Source: Eledone cirrhosa
Lineage: Eukaryota
DNA length: 64,000 nucleotides
NCBI GenBank assembly: GCA_964016885.1
Contig: OZ024743.1
Span: 116,808,001-116,872,000, forward strand
Reading direction: 5' to 3'
Shown: piece after piece, positions 1 through 13,526 of the stretch
Position numbering within the stretch: the first letter of the stretch is position 1
Layout of the letters: every line of letters starts with the position of its first letter
Notes under the pieces: generated by a model
Told to the model about the DNA's origin: nothing
The model's database searches: none
Seen by the model: the letters and a program-made list of their open reading frames with translations, nothing else
Program-made: the position numbers and the translations under genes

Positions 1-103
1 AAAGATCTAGAATTGTTGGTCAGACTAAACGCTTCTGTAAGAATCATCTGGTTTCTCGAAACCATCGGTAATGAAATAATTATATTGTGTTGTAATTAAA
101 TAG

Positions 104-153
<50 letters not shown>

Positions 154-638
154 ACATATTCCTACTATGATCGTGTAATTTTGCCTCCTGTGTTTTGTCT
201 TGTTTCATTTATTAACTATACTACCAGAAAAACCACCCTCGGGTGGTTTTCTGCTAGCATGTGTAGTGTGTATATTGATATTATACACAAATATATAAGC
301 ATGTAAATATGATACATCAAATAAAATCGTAATTGACAATATACACAGAAATTGAACAAAGCCTATGTTACACTGTCCTCTGTATTCAGTAACCTATGAT
401 ATATAAAAAAAGACGACATTATATATAAACTGCATTATGAGAAAATTAGCGACGGAAATATATGCGATTATAAGTGTTATAATATAAGGGCCGCCAACAG
501 GAAGTGTTGACATTTGATAATTTTAAAGAAGTGTATTTTAAAGATTAAAAATATTTAATATATTTAAAATATATTTAATCAACAGCCACGAAATTTAACA
601 CATAAATTATGTAATATTCATTCATTATTTATTCAAAG

Positions 639-833
639 GGCGGTGGATTGGCAGTATCGGTAGAGGGTCGGACGCCATGCTTTGATGCATAGAGTTACGG
701 CCTTGCCATTCTGAGTTCAAATCCCACCGAGGTTAACTTTGCCTTTCATCCTTACGGGGTCGATAAAATAAAGTACCAGTAATGCACGGGGTATTTGCTG
801 GCCTTGTGCCAAAAAGTAGAAACAATTAATTAT
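639..833 (+). mobile_element. tRNA-derived SINE, family A (full-length copy)
   Basis: tRNA-like head (ggattggcagtatcggtaga A-box-like; gagttcaaatccc B-box), body ctttgcctttcatccttacggggtcgataaaataaagtaccag, and 3' agaaacaatt(att) tail. Near-identical copies recur at 29.3, 29.5, 32.6, 47.1 and 55.7 kb. Confidence 0.9.
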
Positions 834-974
834 TCAAAGTAATCCAACTTACTTTACAAACGGGGTAAAACAATATATTCTGGACGCAATCCCGCAGACC
901 TTCCTTTATTATACTTAATGTATATTATACTTAATGTATATATATATATATATATATATATAAATATATATATA

Positions 975-1005
<31 letters not shown>

Positions 1006-1013
<8 letters not shown>

Positions 1014-2092
1014 TAAAATAACAGATTAAAGTTTAAGCAAAGAATCGCTGCTTTCACCCTTAACGGGATCTTCTGAAACTAACAAAGTCAATCTGTAAAC
1101 GCAGAAGTGGATATTTCAAAAAACGTTGCAACCGGAGGAAGACAGGAAGACGATACTTTGGTTCGTGGAAACGTTCGCTGGCAAAGAACGGGAAAAAACG
1201 AATAAGATACGTCATTAATAGGAGCGGTGAAAAGCAATTACGCGCAAAGACAGAACCACGTTTATGGTATAAAAGAGGTCGTAGACTAAAGTTCTCTTAG
1301 GTGGTTCATAGAGACGTTCTCTGGCAATGAACGAAAAAAACGAAGATAATAAGTCATATGTGGAGCGTGGAGAACAATAGCACGCAAAGACAAAACCACG
1401 TAAATGGTATAGCAGAAGTCGTAGACTAAAATTCTAACTAGGAGATCGAATGAATCTCCGCTACAGAGTTAAGAACAAAGTAAATAAATACAAACAGAAG
1501 TAATAGAAATAAATAAATACATACACGCAAACAAATACGTACATACACAAGCATACACAAAACACTTACCATAGGTATACAAAACCACGCACATATAAAT
1601 ATGTGTGTGTGTGTATGCGTGTATACAAATAAATAAATAAATAATTATATAAACGTATATAAATAAATAAATACGTATATAACAAGCGCACACAAATACC
1701 TACATGTAAATACACGAATGTTTGGAGACGTAAGTCAACCAAAACATGAAGTACACATATACACACACCCTGGGTAATAAATACTTACCTATTAATGACG
1801 TATTATATTCGTTTTTTCCCGTTTTTTGCCAGCGAACGTTTCCACGAACCAAAGTATCGTCTTCCTGTCTTCCTCCGGTTGCAACGTTTTTTGAAATATC
1901 CAGTTCTGCGTTTACAGATTGACTTTGTTAGTTTCAGAAGATCCCGTTAAGGTGAAAGCAGCGATTCTTTGCTTAAACTTTAATCTGTTATTTTAATAAA
2001 TATTTTCTCTAGGGTTCTTATATATTTGATATATATTTATCCTTATCGAGCTCTCTTTGGATTTTAGTCTTGAAATTTATTATTATTATTAC
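1006..2092 (+). mobile_element. (TA)n-flanked non-coding element with ~215-bp inverted repeat and hammerhead-like motif (Penelope-like pLTR/retrozyme type)
   Basis: 1006-1222 is the reverse complement of 1788-2003. At 1930-1979: agttt-CAGAAGA-tcccgttaaggt-GAAA-gca..tgc-TT-aaact (stems I and III pair). Internal diverged ~140-bp duplication at 1168-1440. Confidence 0.7.
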
Positions 2093-2418
2093 TATATATA
2101 TATATATATATATGGGGGGGGGGTGCGTGTGTGAATGAGTGTATTGCGTAGTCGATTTGCATTACTATACTGAAAGTTTCGAGTTGCTTATAATCTTACC
2201 GAATTCAACTTTGACTTTCATCATTGGCACATATATGTGTGTGTTTATTTCTGTTAACGTGTGTTCCTGCTAGTTTGAGATAGTAGATTTTATATTTGAC
2301 ATTCAGCTTTAAATAAATACAACCCATCTGTCATTTATTTATCAAGATCCTGCAAAATGTTATTAAAATAATGAACATGGCAAACTTAGTTGCAGACGAA
2401 CTCGATGTTTTATTGTAG

Positions 2419-3260
<842 letters not shown>

Positions 3261-3734
3261 CAGTCATACATAATGATTTTAATATGTATTATCTATCGTG
3301 TGCTTCTTTCATATTTTCTTTCGTGAATTGCATTAATTTTTTTTACTCTATGTTTCTTCTCACATTTATATCATAAAAAAACTATATTTTGCTCTTCCTT
3401 TTAGTTGTACATCAACTTTTGTGTTTTATATATTGTTTTCATGTTTAGTCTCTGTTGTCTTTCAATTTACTGACACCAGCCGACAGATACATCAGTAAAC
3501 AAATAAACTCACACGGAATGAAGAGAGGGAATATGAAATACTGCAAAACATCTAAAGATTGAATCGAATTGAATAGAAACTATGAGTTTCTTATTAGAAA
3601 TAAAAACTTATAGAGAGTCCAGTCAGAACTTACATATATTACGCTAGATATTCGTTGGAGAGAGAGATATTTGTGTGTTTGTGTGTGTAAGAGTGTGCGT
3701 GTGATTTTTTTCCTGATATATATTAGCGAAATAC

Positions 3735-3873
3735 AGTGCAGCGAATTTAACAGAGTGGTTAGAACGGGTAGAGAATGCTCTGCTGTGTTCGTTCCGGCTC
3801 TATGTACTTTCTGAGTTTAAATACCACCGAGATCAACTTTGGCTTTGATCCTTACGAGATCAAGAGAACATCC

Positions 3874-3947
<74 letters not shown>

Positions 3948-4215
3948 AGATCGATAGATCGATCGAATAAATCGTTTTTGTTCAGACCTGTGGTGGAATA
4001 GGCTCCACCATTTTCAAAATGTCCAACACACGACTCCATCATGAGTTTGGGCTCCACAGGTACACACATTAGCGTAATACATTTCGGGTAGTTGTTAGAG
4101 TCATTAAAACGTCAAATAAAAGCATGTATGGTGTTCGTTCTGGTTTTCTTTGCTCTCTGAATTCAAATCTTGCCGAGGTTAACTTTGCCGCGGTCGGTAA
4201 AACAGTAGCAGTTCA
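3735..4215 (+). mobile_element. Two degenerate family-A-like SINE remnants separated by (TC)n
   Basis: ctgagtttaaataccaccgagatcaactttggctttgatcc (~3811-3850) and ctgaattcaaatcttgccgaggttaactttgcc (~4157-4189) match the family A body. Confidence 0.6.
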
Positions 4216-4985
4216 GCACTGGAGCTGGTTCTTTCTCTGTATCTTTATAATTTCCTCTCTATTACTTTCCCTACCACCTTGTCTGGAAAATATCGACTAT
4301 GTTCAGATATAGCGAGAGTACTGGCTCAGCCAAGTTTTAAGAGTTCAAGGTATATCCTTACGATTCCAACAGGAGTTATAGGTCTGTACAAACATGCATG
4401 TAAAAAAGTAAACTGAGGCTTATTTTCACCGCTTAATGATATGCCTAAGTTCGGTGACTATTCACGTCCACGTCGCTGGCTACGTGGAACAAGAGGGCGC
4501 AGCGAACGTATGAATATTAGGCTTGGTACACGAGATATATTACAAATATTGCGCTTTGATAGGGTTAAAATGTTTACATTCATACCCTCTGTGAAATTAA
4601 TTCATGTGAAACTCTGAGAGAAATAAACGAAATATTCACAAAAATAAATGTACAAAAAAGCATACTTTTTAATGCATTTTATTTTTGATAATACTGAAAT
4701 ACAATATTGTATTTGATTTTACTTTGCTCTTATTCACACTTTTTTCTATTGCAGATTTATCTTTCAGTAAATCATTGATTTCTTGCATGATTCAATGAGG
4801 ATAAGGTAAAAACTAAAATATATTCTTACATACATACATTCGTATATGCATACATACATAGTTACATACATACATTCATACATACATGGATACATACTTA
4901 TACAGACATACAAACAAACACACATACATACATACATACATACATACATACATACATACATACATACATACATACATACATACAT

Positions 4986-5947
4986 GGTGGCTGCCAACTC
5001 GTTTTCGAGTATGGCCACTACTTTATATCCATGTAGGAGAACCCCTACCGATGCGCTGAACGAGTGTGACTTTTTAGTCCAGCCAGCGATTTGAAAACTC
5101 TGGTACAAACACTACACTTGTGACAATTATTGACACATAGTGCCATGTGACGACAAGTGCAGAGAGATCACCAGATATAAAGCAATGCCTGTGCCGTGCA
5201 GCTTTTATAGTGAGCAAAGGCACTGCACAAAGCCAGTCCCACTCTCTTAAACAAGATGATATCTACCAAAAAGAAGAGCAAGTCAAGATCATTGGATACC
5301 ATTGGATACCATTGGATACCATTGGATACATACATAGATGGTGGCTGCCAACTCGTTTTCGAGTACGGCCACTACTTTATATCCATGTAGGAGAACCCCT
5401 ACCGATGCGCTAAACAAGTGTGACTTTTTAGTCCAGCCAGCGACTTGAAAACTCTGGTACAAACACTACACCTGTGACAATTCTTGACACATAGTGCTGG
5501 GCCCCCGGCACCATGTGACGACAAGTGCAGAGAGATCTCCAGATACAAGGCAATGCCTGTGCCGTGAAGCTTTTATAGTGAGCAAAGGCACTGCACAAAG
5601 CCAGTCTCACTCTCTTAACCAAGATGATATTTACCAAAAAGAAGAACAAGTCAACATCATTGGATACCATCAGGGTTGCAGGTGTTATATCAGAGTTTTC
5701 CTTCTCCTAGAATTCTGCCTTGACAAAGGCTAAGGGGTCATCTCTCCCAGTGATTTTGGATGGCCATTGACTCTTAAGAGCTCCTCTTCCCTTTGACAGG
5801 TTTTGTTTTTAGTCCTGCAGGATGTCCAAAGTCACCCTCCTCACCAAGAAACCTTGGTGGGGTTGCCAGTTTAGTCGCCAATGACCCGACCCTGAGAAAG
5901 GTTGTACAGGGATACATGTTACCAGTAGCACCAACTGGTGACCTGAC
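4986..5947 (-). mobile_element. RTE-derived non-autonomous element with duplicated 3' segment, in a (TACA)n array
   Basis: The minus strand has ctaggagaaggaaaactctga, a motif I recognise from RTE-clade 5' UTRs. 4986-5300 and 5340-5670 are direct repeats, each ending in an (ATGT)n-like tail. No RT ORF. Confidence 0.6.
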
Positions 5948-6033
5948 ACACATACATACATACATACATACATACATACATACATACATACATACATACA
6001 TACATACATACATACATACATACATACATACAT

Positions 6034-8112
6034 AGTGCCTTAACCTGTTCTTACAGGATCACTGTGCTACCAACAACATCATAACACCTGAGCCAGCTGG
6101 TGGAAAGGCTGAGGTGTGGGGTTGCATATATCACCTACTAACTAATAAAATGATTCAAGAAAAAACAACAAAGAATCGCAGGAACATGACTGTGGTGTGG
6201 CTGGACTATCCAAAAGCACTTGATAGTGTACCTCATGGGTGGATTGTTAAGGTTTTACAGTTAGCCAAATTCCCACAACCACTGGTAGCTGCTGTTGAAC
6301 GTCTGACCAAGAACTGGTACACCAATTTGCTCCTTAGAGGTGGGAAGGAGCAAGTTACGACTGATAAGATACATTACCAGAAGGGCATCTTTCAGGGTGA
6401 TAGCTTGTCAGTGCTACTCTTCGTTCTCTCACTAAATCCACTATCTTACCTACTCAGGAAACAAGGTGGACAAGGAAGTGAGTCCAGAAGTATCTCCCAT
6501 CTTTTTTTTGTTGATGACCTGAAGTTGTATGGGCCAAATATCAATGACATCAAGAAACAATTGGACTTCATTACACAATTTTCAACATACATCAAAATGA
6601 AATGTGGTGAGTCCAAGTGTGCATATTTGGCAGTAAAACGTAGAAGAGCTGTGCCTTCCTCTATAAATCTAGAGATGAACGGCCTGACAATACAACCTCT
6701 ACAGTTAGGTGACAATTACAGATATGTTGTACAGGATGAGAATGTCAGGTATGATGGACCCATAAATAAGGAGAGAACCAGAATTGAATACCTCAGAAGA
6801 GTAAAGAAAATATGGTCATCAGAACTGTCAGCGTACAACAAATTCATTGCCTACAATACTTAAGCTGTGCCAATTCTAACGCCAATATTTGGCCTGCTTA
6901 ACTGGTCATTGCAAGAACTAAGTGAGATGGATGATAGAACTCGCAAACTTCTCAGTGTTGCTGGGAACTTTAACATCAATGGTGATGTGGATAGGCTATA
7001 CTTCTGACGCAACGAAGGTGGCCGGGGTCTAAAATCCATATTAACAACATATGAGACCCGGATAGTAACACTGAAGCAACATCTTCAACAGAGGAAAAAG
7101 GTTGGCAACCATCTTGCCCAGGTTTATGAGCATGAAAAAAAAAATCATTAGAATAGCCACTGATCTGGAGGAGAGATATGGAATAAAGCCTGATATAAAT
7201 CTCTCACCCACGAAATCGGAAGATCCTATTCAATGTTCAAACAAGATGAAAAAATTGACCAATTTACAGAAAAGGTTGTGCATGGATACTTGAGACGTAA
7301 AACACAGACCATAGAGGGGATAAACCACTCAAAAAGCCTGGCATGGAGTTCCGACAAGTTTATGACATCACACCTTGGGGGATATCTCTATGCAATACAG
7401 GAACAAGAACTCACTACCAAATATCTGCTGCACAAAAGGGGAGGGCCATCAGCTGACAATAAATGTAGGCTATGTAAAACAAAGATCGAGGATGTAAGCC
7501 ACATTGTTGCCTGCTGCGAAAGAATGTCATCTCGCTACTACCTCCCCATGAGACACGATGGGATAGCTAGAACCATCTGGACGCACTTCGGAAAACAAAA
7601 TTAAAAACAAACGAGGAAGAATATATTGAGACAGATGGCACTAAGGAATGCTGGGGGAACCTGAAAATAAAAACTGTCACCAAGTTAAAGCACAACCGGC
7701 CTGATATTGTTGTTTGGGACCACACATTGAAAACGTGTTCCGTTGTGGAGATCAGCTGCCCACTTGGTGTAAACGTTGTCATAAAAATACAGGAGAAGGA
7801 AGACATCTACGGACCATTGATGAGGAGTTTACAAATTCAGTATCCAAGATACACCTTTAGCTTCATACCCATCATAATTGAAGCTACGCGTTATATACCA
7901 ACCCGCTTGGACCAAAGTATGACTGAACTTGGATTTGCGGACAAAGAGCGCAGCTCCCTAATTCATAGTCAACAAATGGCTGCGATAGCTGGCACCTTCA
8001 AAATTTGCAAAACATTCTTGCGATTCAAGGGATGACAATTTCTTTTCTTTTACAACCTTGCCACCAGGAAGGTGGCCGGTCAAAAAAATATACTCGAAAT
8101 TAAGAGAAAGAG
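6034..8112 (+). mobile_element. 5'-truncated R4/Dong-like non-LTR retrotransposon (RT, CCHC, RLE), disrupted
   Basis: ORF pieces WLDYPKALDSVPHGW, GIFQGDSLS, HLFFVDDLKLY (RT); CRLCKTKIEDVSHIVACC (zinc knuckle); KHNRPDIVVWD..VVEISCP (restriction-like endonuclease). Contains stops and frameshifts; (TACA)n on both sides. Confidence 0.9.
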
Positions 8113-9025
8113 ATATACATACATAATTACATATTTTATAAGGAGGGGAAATTGATGGTGGTAGTGTTTTCTTATAATGATGTTATTAAATGGGTTTTTT
8201 TTGGGGGGGGGGGGGGGGGGGCGATTACAGTTGTTGTTGAGAGTAGCATTCTAGTTGTTGGGATTATAGATGAAAATTGTATCGACAGACTGGTTCATGT
8301 GTCTGGCTGAAGAAGTAATGTAATCCTTGTCACCAAAAATTGGCAGTTTTTAGATATCACTGACGTTGATTAAGATTTATAATAATAACATAACATTAAC
8401 TTGGGGCAGCATCAATTCAAAATATAAAAACAGTTTTTATATTTGAAAACGAATTTATTTATTTGAATATATATATATATATATTTGAATATATATATAT
8501 ATATATATATATATGGCCTCAGCCGGATGGCTGAAACAGGTAAAAGAGTATATATATATATATATAACAAGTTGTAATAGCGGTGTATACGAAAGCATAT
8601 GCTATATGTTTATTCACAATAAACACAATAAACATATTGCATCCTCGCACACACTCGCGCACAGATATATAAGATGTAAACTCTGCTAAAAGTATTGCAA
8701 TTGTTTTTGAGATTATAGAAAATGGTGCACTTTTAGGTACGGCCAGCCACACGAACCTGTAACATATCCTGAACAAACAATGCCTGTGCTTTGAAGGTTT
8801 TTTAAGTGGTGAAAGGCCTTGCACTCGATCAATCCCACTCTCTGAGCATAGAAAACACTATTCGAAAAGGAGAACTGGTCAACATAGTCGGATGTTTCCG
8901 AAGCCACAGGTTTTTTTTCACAGCTTCCCTCTCTTAGAAAGGTTTTGTGACAACAACTGGGGGCATTTCACTCCCAAGTGTGTGTATATATATATATATT
9001 TATACATACACACACACGCACACAC

Positions 9026-9675
9026 GAGGTAGGTTTTTCATTTTAATTCATCCTTTTAATTATTATGTTTCTCCTATACCTCTCTTAGCTTATATTCTCT
9101 TCACGCTGGTGGTTAAAATCCTGTAATGAAAACACACTCTCCTGGGTTTTCCCTCTCTATATTGTATTTTAAAGTGCCCAGGAAAACTCTTTCCTTTGAG
9201 CTCATTGAATTACAGGATTATATGTGAATCCTTTACTCCGTTATTTTACTTGATATTTGCTCCTCGCATCTTCTATCTGCAGTCGAGCACGATAAATTGA
9301 ATAATATTGGGTGCCATCTCTAGCGGCTTATTCTGTTCATACCACCGGTCAGTCTCGCGCACGCATTTCCCTCTATTCACACGTGCTACAGATCAGTTAC
9401 TATAGTTATCTTTAGTAGTGGGGACAATATCAGCTTGAGTACTTGCTGATCATCCAAGAGCTGAGTTTGGAACCACTAATACGGTGAAACAATCCTCTTA
9501 GTGAGTTTCTACAAGTGCGATTTACTTATGAGATAGGTTTTTTTTTCGTTTTAAATTATTCTTTTAATTATTATGATTTTCCTAAACCTCTCTTAGATTA
9601 TATTCTATTCACGCTGGTGGTTAAAATCCTGTAATTAAAACACACTCTCCTGAGTTTTTCCTCTCTATATTGTGT
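9026..9675 (+). mobile_element. Retrozyme-like family R1, ~510-nt unit plus partial direct repeat, degenerate HHR
   Basis: 9028-9165 is repeated at 9532-9673. At 9441-9516: acttg-CTGATCA...GAAA...TA-caagt (stem I pairs, core mutated). Homologous to 9935-10583 and 21097-22025. Confidence 0.7.
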
Positions 9676-9794
9676 ATATATATATTTATATATAAAGAGA
9701 TGTCAGCATGAATGGCCCTGTTATTTTTATCTAAAGACATTTTTTTGCAATTGCACCTCGCCCGTCCCTTCAATCTATCTTAGTTCTCAATCTT

Positions 9795-9830
9795 TCTTCT
9801 GATGAAGGACTAGCCTCCGAAATATTAAGA
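9795..9830 (+). ncRNA. Minimal type I hammerhead ribozyme motif (Penelope-type)
   Basis: tctt-CTGATGA-a-gga-ctagcc-tcc-GAAA-tat-t-aaga: intact core, stems I and II, palindromic ATAT stem III remnant. Confidence 0.75.
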
Positions 9831-9934
9831 CCCTCTCCCTGGTATTTCAAGCGTTATTCTAATATATTCCTTCCATATACTGTACCGATTGTATTGTTAT
9901 TTCTGTTTACCTTTTACAGAGAGAGAGAGAGAGG

Positions 9935-10583
9935 AAAACACACTAGAGAGAGTGAGTGTTTATCAAATTACAGGGAATACCACCAACGTATGGAACCTAT
10001 AAAGTAAGACAGGTGAGTCAGATACATTATAATTAAAAATATAAATTAAAATGAAGGAATCCACCTTTATAACTATATATCACACTCTTACAAACTCAGA
10101 GAGAATGGTATCGCCGGAAAATCAGTGATTGGATTGAAGTCACCTAGGTTCATCAGCGTGTGGTAAGTGAATACATTCCAAACAACTCTCAGAGAACTTA
10201 AAGTAACTGCCTTGCAGCACTTCGGAGAGAGAAGGAAATGCTGTCCAGCGGCTTGGGGAGAGGAGCCGCTAGGACAGCCCAAAAACCACTCAAATTAAGG
10301 TGCTCGACGAAACATGAGAGAAAAGAGTTGTTAGGACCAATATATCAAAATGAAGTAACGAAGTCAGAAACTCGCGTTAGTCCCTGTAATTCATGAGCTC
10401 AAAGGAAGAAGTATCCCGGGCTCTTCAAATATAACATAGAGTAGAAAAGACACTAGAAAGAGTGTGTGTTTATGAAGTTACAGGGAATGCCACTAGCGTA
10501 TGGAACCTATAAACTAAGAAAGGTGAGGCGGATACATTATAATTAAAATGAAAGAACCCACCTTTATAACTATGTATCACACA
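9935..10583 (-). mobile_element. Retrozyme-like family R1, ~510-nt unit plus partial direct repeat
   Basis: 9937-10085 is repeated at 10447-10583. Minus-strand cacacg-CTGATGA...ggc-GATA..tttg-TA at ~10085-10162 is a decayed HHR. Confidence 0.75.
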
Positions 10584-10619
10584 TTTATATATATATATGC
10601 GTACATCTAAGTATACATA

Positions 10620-10707
10620 TGTGGCACGACAGACAACTCGGTCCGGTATTGGAACTCACAGTCTTACGATTGTGGATCCAACGCTCTAATCACTAAGCCA
10701 AGCTGCC
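10620..10707 (-). mobile_element. tRNA-derived SINE head fragment
   Basis: Minus strand ggcagcttggcttagtgattagagcg...gtgagttccaataccggacc resembles Pol III A/B boxes. Confidence 0.5.
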
Positions 10708-11719
10708 GAATTTGAAATATTAAACATATCACCAGGTCAGCCTTAGTTGAGCAATTGGTTGATTTAGTGTGATTTTTGTTTTTTACGGGTATATAATATA
10801 AAAAATTACATTATGTAATATAATGACCTTCCATTTTTAAATGACATGTATGATTTGAGGAAATCGTGTCTGCTAATAGCGTACAAGAGTTACAAATCAA
10901 AATGTTAAATGTATACAATATCTAGTCAAGCTAGGATTCATAACCATTTAAAACCTCAACGAATATATAGTATTGATGTGAATATTGAATTGTTATCCCC
11001 TTTTGTGGAATGCGTATATCCTCGCATATGTTGTTACATCGAAGACCCCATTATTTAAAGTAATGTTCTTTCATTTTTTTTAAAGACCGTATGGTGTGGT
11101 TTGAGTAAGTTGTGAATATTATTTCTAATAGCATACAAGAATTACGAAACAAAATGTTAGAAAATATATAACATTTAAGACTACATAATCTAATGTAAAG
11201 TCCTTTATTTTTAAGACAGTATTGTATGATTAGAATAAATCATGGCTACTCTTTCTAATAGAGTACAAGAATTACGAAACAAATATTGCAGATAATGGAA
11301 AATATATAATTGATCAAAAGCAAAGTAAATAAGGTTTATGTCAAACTTCTAAATAAACTTGATTCTATAGAACTATTAGTATAAATCTACTTTAAATTCT
11401 TCCATTTTCTTGGAATATTTCAACATTTTCATCTGTCAAACCTATAAATTTCGGCTATACTTCAACTGCTTAATGACCGAACTGAAATACTTCCAAATCT
11501 CAAAGTGATGTATGCGGCCTTCAGGGGACATGAATATAGTAAAAGGAAATATGCCAACACCAGACAAAAGGGGATACATAATTTTCAAGAAATTAAACAT
11601 CACAAGCATAGAAATAAAGTAATGTGTTCTTTACGTATGATACAAATTTCAATTGGATATGTAATGTTTGCAATAAAAAAAAACGAAAAAGAAAGATAGG
11701 GAATATTAAATAACGAAAG

Positions 11720-13190
11720 TAAGGAAAAACGAAAGGTGGTTGGCACCCTTTCCAATTTTGAGGAGAAATAAGGCACGCGTCAGCGACCGGCGCCAAAACG
11801 AAGAGATTAGTCAAGTCCCGGTATTTAGCTCTCTTCCGCGTTACAGGTTGTATTTCCCGAGTTTGTGCCTGAAATGGGAGAGTCGTAGGTGGAAAACGAG
11901 AAGCAACTAGCAACGTCCCTGTTTAGAGATTTGCCTCTCTCGGACGGGAAGAGGGTTATCCCGTGCAGTCGTTTACAATCTACATGTTTGAGGCTAGCAG
12001 GCTCCAATTGTGATTGAAATCCAGCTGTATCAAGACTTTATATGATGACGTCGTTTAAGGCAATGTGCTGTGGTGACAATAATTGGGCTGTAATCCACAC
12101 TCTCCGACCATGACTCTACAACAGCATATATGTGGCTTGTGCACATGGGGGCTAGAAATCTGTGTCACTCAGGCACGTTTGCCCTCATCATCAAGAATGG
12201 AGTCGCTCGATAAGTGGATTGACGATTTGAGCCACACGTAGTTGTATGGCTGCGAAGCAGAACGGAGGCAGATGACATAGTTTTAGTCCTGAGAAGACTC
12301 GATCAGTATGAAGTTGGCCTGCACTTGATGTTACCTCTGTTTCATTTGTAAACAGCATCGGGCGGAACGGTTAGGTCAGCATCACCCAAAATCGCCAGAG
12401 CTGAATCGAATTTCCGTGTCGTCTGTTTCTGCTGTTTTGCAGAGAACTTCGCTGATGTGGGTGCTACTGCAGATGATAGAAATGATAGGTAAATCGGCAT
12501 TACCAGCTTAGATGTTGTGCGAAGGCATAAGCTACTGTAGCACACGGGAGTTTCACCTATTGCTAGTCTGTGGCGTCAAATCTTACTTTACAAATAAGTT
12601 CAGTACAGTGACCAATAGTAGTTTGTTGATATGTACAACGTAAGGATGTGAAGGGAGCGAAATATTTCCTCAGAATAAAGAGCATGGGATGCCCATCAAG
12701 AAGACGCAATATGTCTGTTATCCTCGCCAGGTCAGCTTCTTTGATCTCTAGGTATTGTCGTATGGTGTTCACATTCCAATCGTGAATATTTCATTGTTCT
12801 GTGTGTTTCTTTTACACACACAATGCAGCCAGTACCCTTTTTTAAGACATGGGGAGGAAATATTTGTGGTAGATTTGGTTGGTGTTTCCAGCTGTTCGAG
12901 TAGTGCATAAAGGTTTCCAATGAGACAGGCTTATGGGGTTGATGTACCTGCTAGAGTTTGCAGATACATCTCTCTAAAATCACACTCTACCAATTGAAAA
13001 GGGGCATGAATTTATTGGTTTCTAATTGAGACACAAGTTGAGTAACTTGGAGGAAGGTCAAAGTTGAGTAAATTCGTCCATGTATTTGACTGGCACTAGA
13101 AGGATGGGGATTTGAATTCAGAATGTAACGAGCTAGAACAAATACAACAATGGCTTTTATCCGTCGCTCTACCGAATCGGCCATTCTATC
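11720..13190 (-). pseudogene. Highly decayed CRE-like RLE non-LTR retrotransposon remnant
   Basis: Minus-strand fragments HIALNDVII*SLDTAGFQSQLEPASLKHVDCKRLHGITLFP..GKSL..D and AKYRDLTNLFVLAPVA resemble the EP..DGKRPDG.T..PW RLE C-terminus. CLRTTSKLVMPIYLSFLSS resembles the GLG.R..LA..AFL.S thumb motif. Confidence 0.65.
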
Positions 13191-13329
13191 TGTCAGAGAA
13201 ACTTATCTATATTAAAACAATATATGCCAACACTAAACAAAAGGGAATACATATATTCAAGAAACCAAACTTCACAAACAAACCTGGAAAATGTATAAGT
13301 TCTTTCCGGTCCTTATGTATGTTTGTATA

Positions 13330-13526
13330 TGCTGTTGTTAGAGTATTAAACAAAATGCTTTTATGGTATTTAGTTACTGCTTTTTAGGCTCTGAGTCCAA
13401 ATCCCGCCGATATCGACTTTGCCTTTCATTCTTCCGAAGTCGATAAAATGGAGTCCAAGTTAAGTACTGGCTTAGTATAATCACCTTTCCCATTTCCACA
13501 AATTACATCTGTTAGAAATCATTATT
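13330..13526 (+). mobile_element. Older family-A-like SINE
   Basis: ctgagtccaaatcccgccgatatcgactttgcctttcattcttccgaagtcgataaaat ... ttagaaatcattatt. Confidence 0.7.

Noticed and set aside
639-730. tRNA gene calls for SINE heads
   Set aside because: No complete cloverleaf, and each head is followed by the SINE body and tail.
8515-8825. HHR-like fragments agcc-ggat-ggct-GAAA-cagg-TA (8521-8542) and gtgct-TTGAAGG..GAAA-ggcc-T-tgcac (8786-8824)
   Set aside because: Probably decayed members of the same class, but too truncated or degenerate to call as features.
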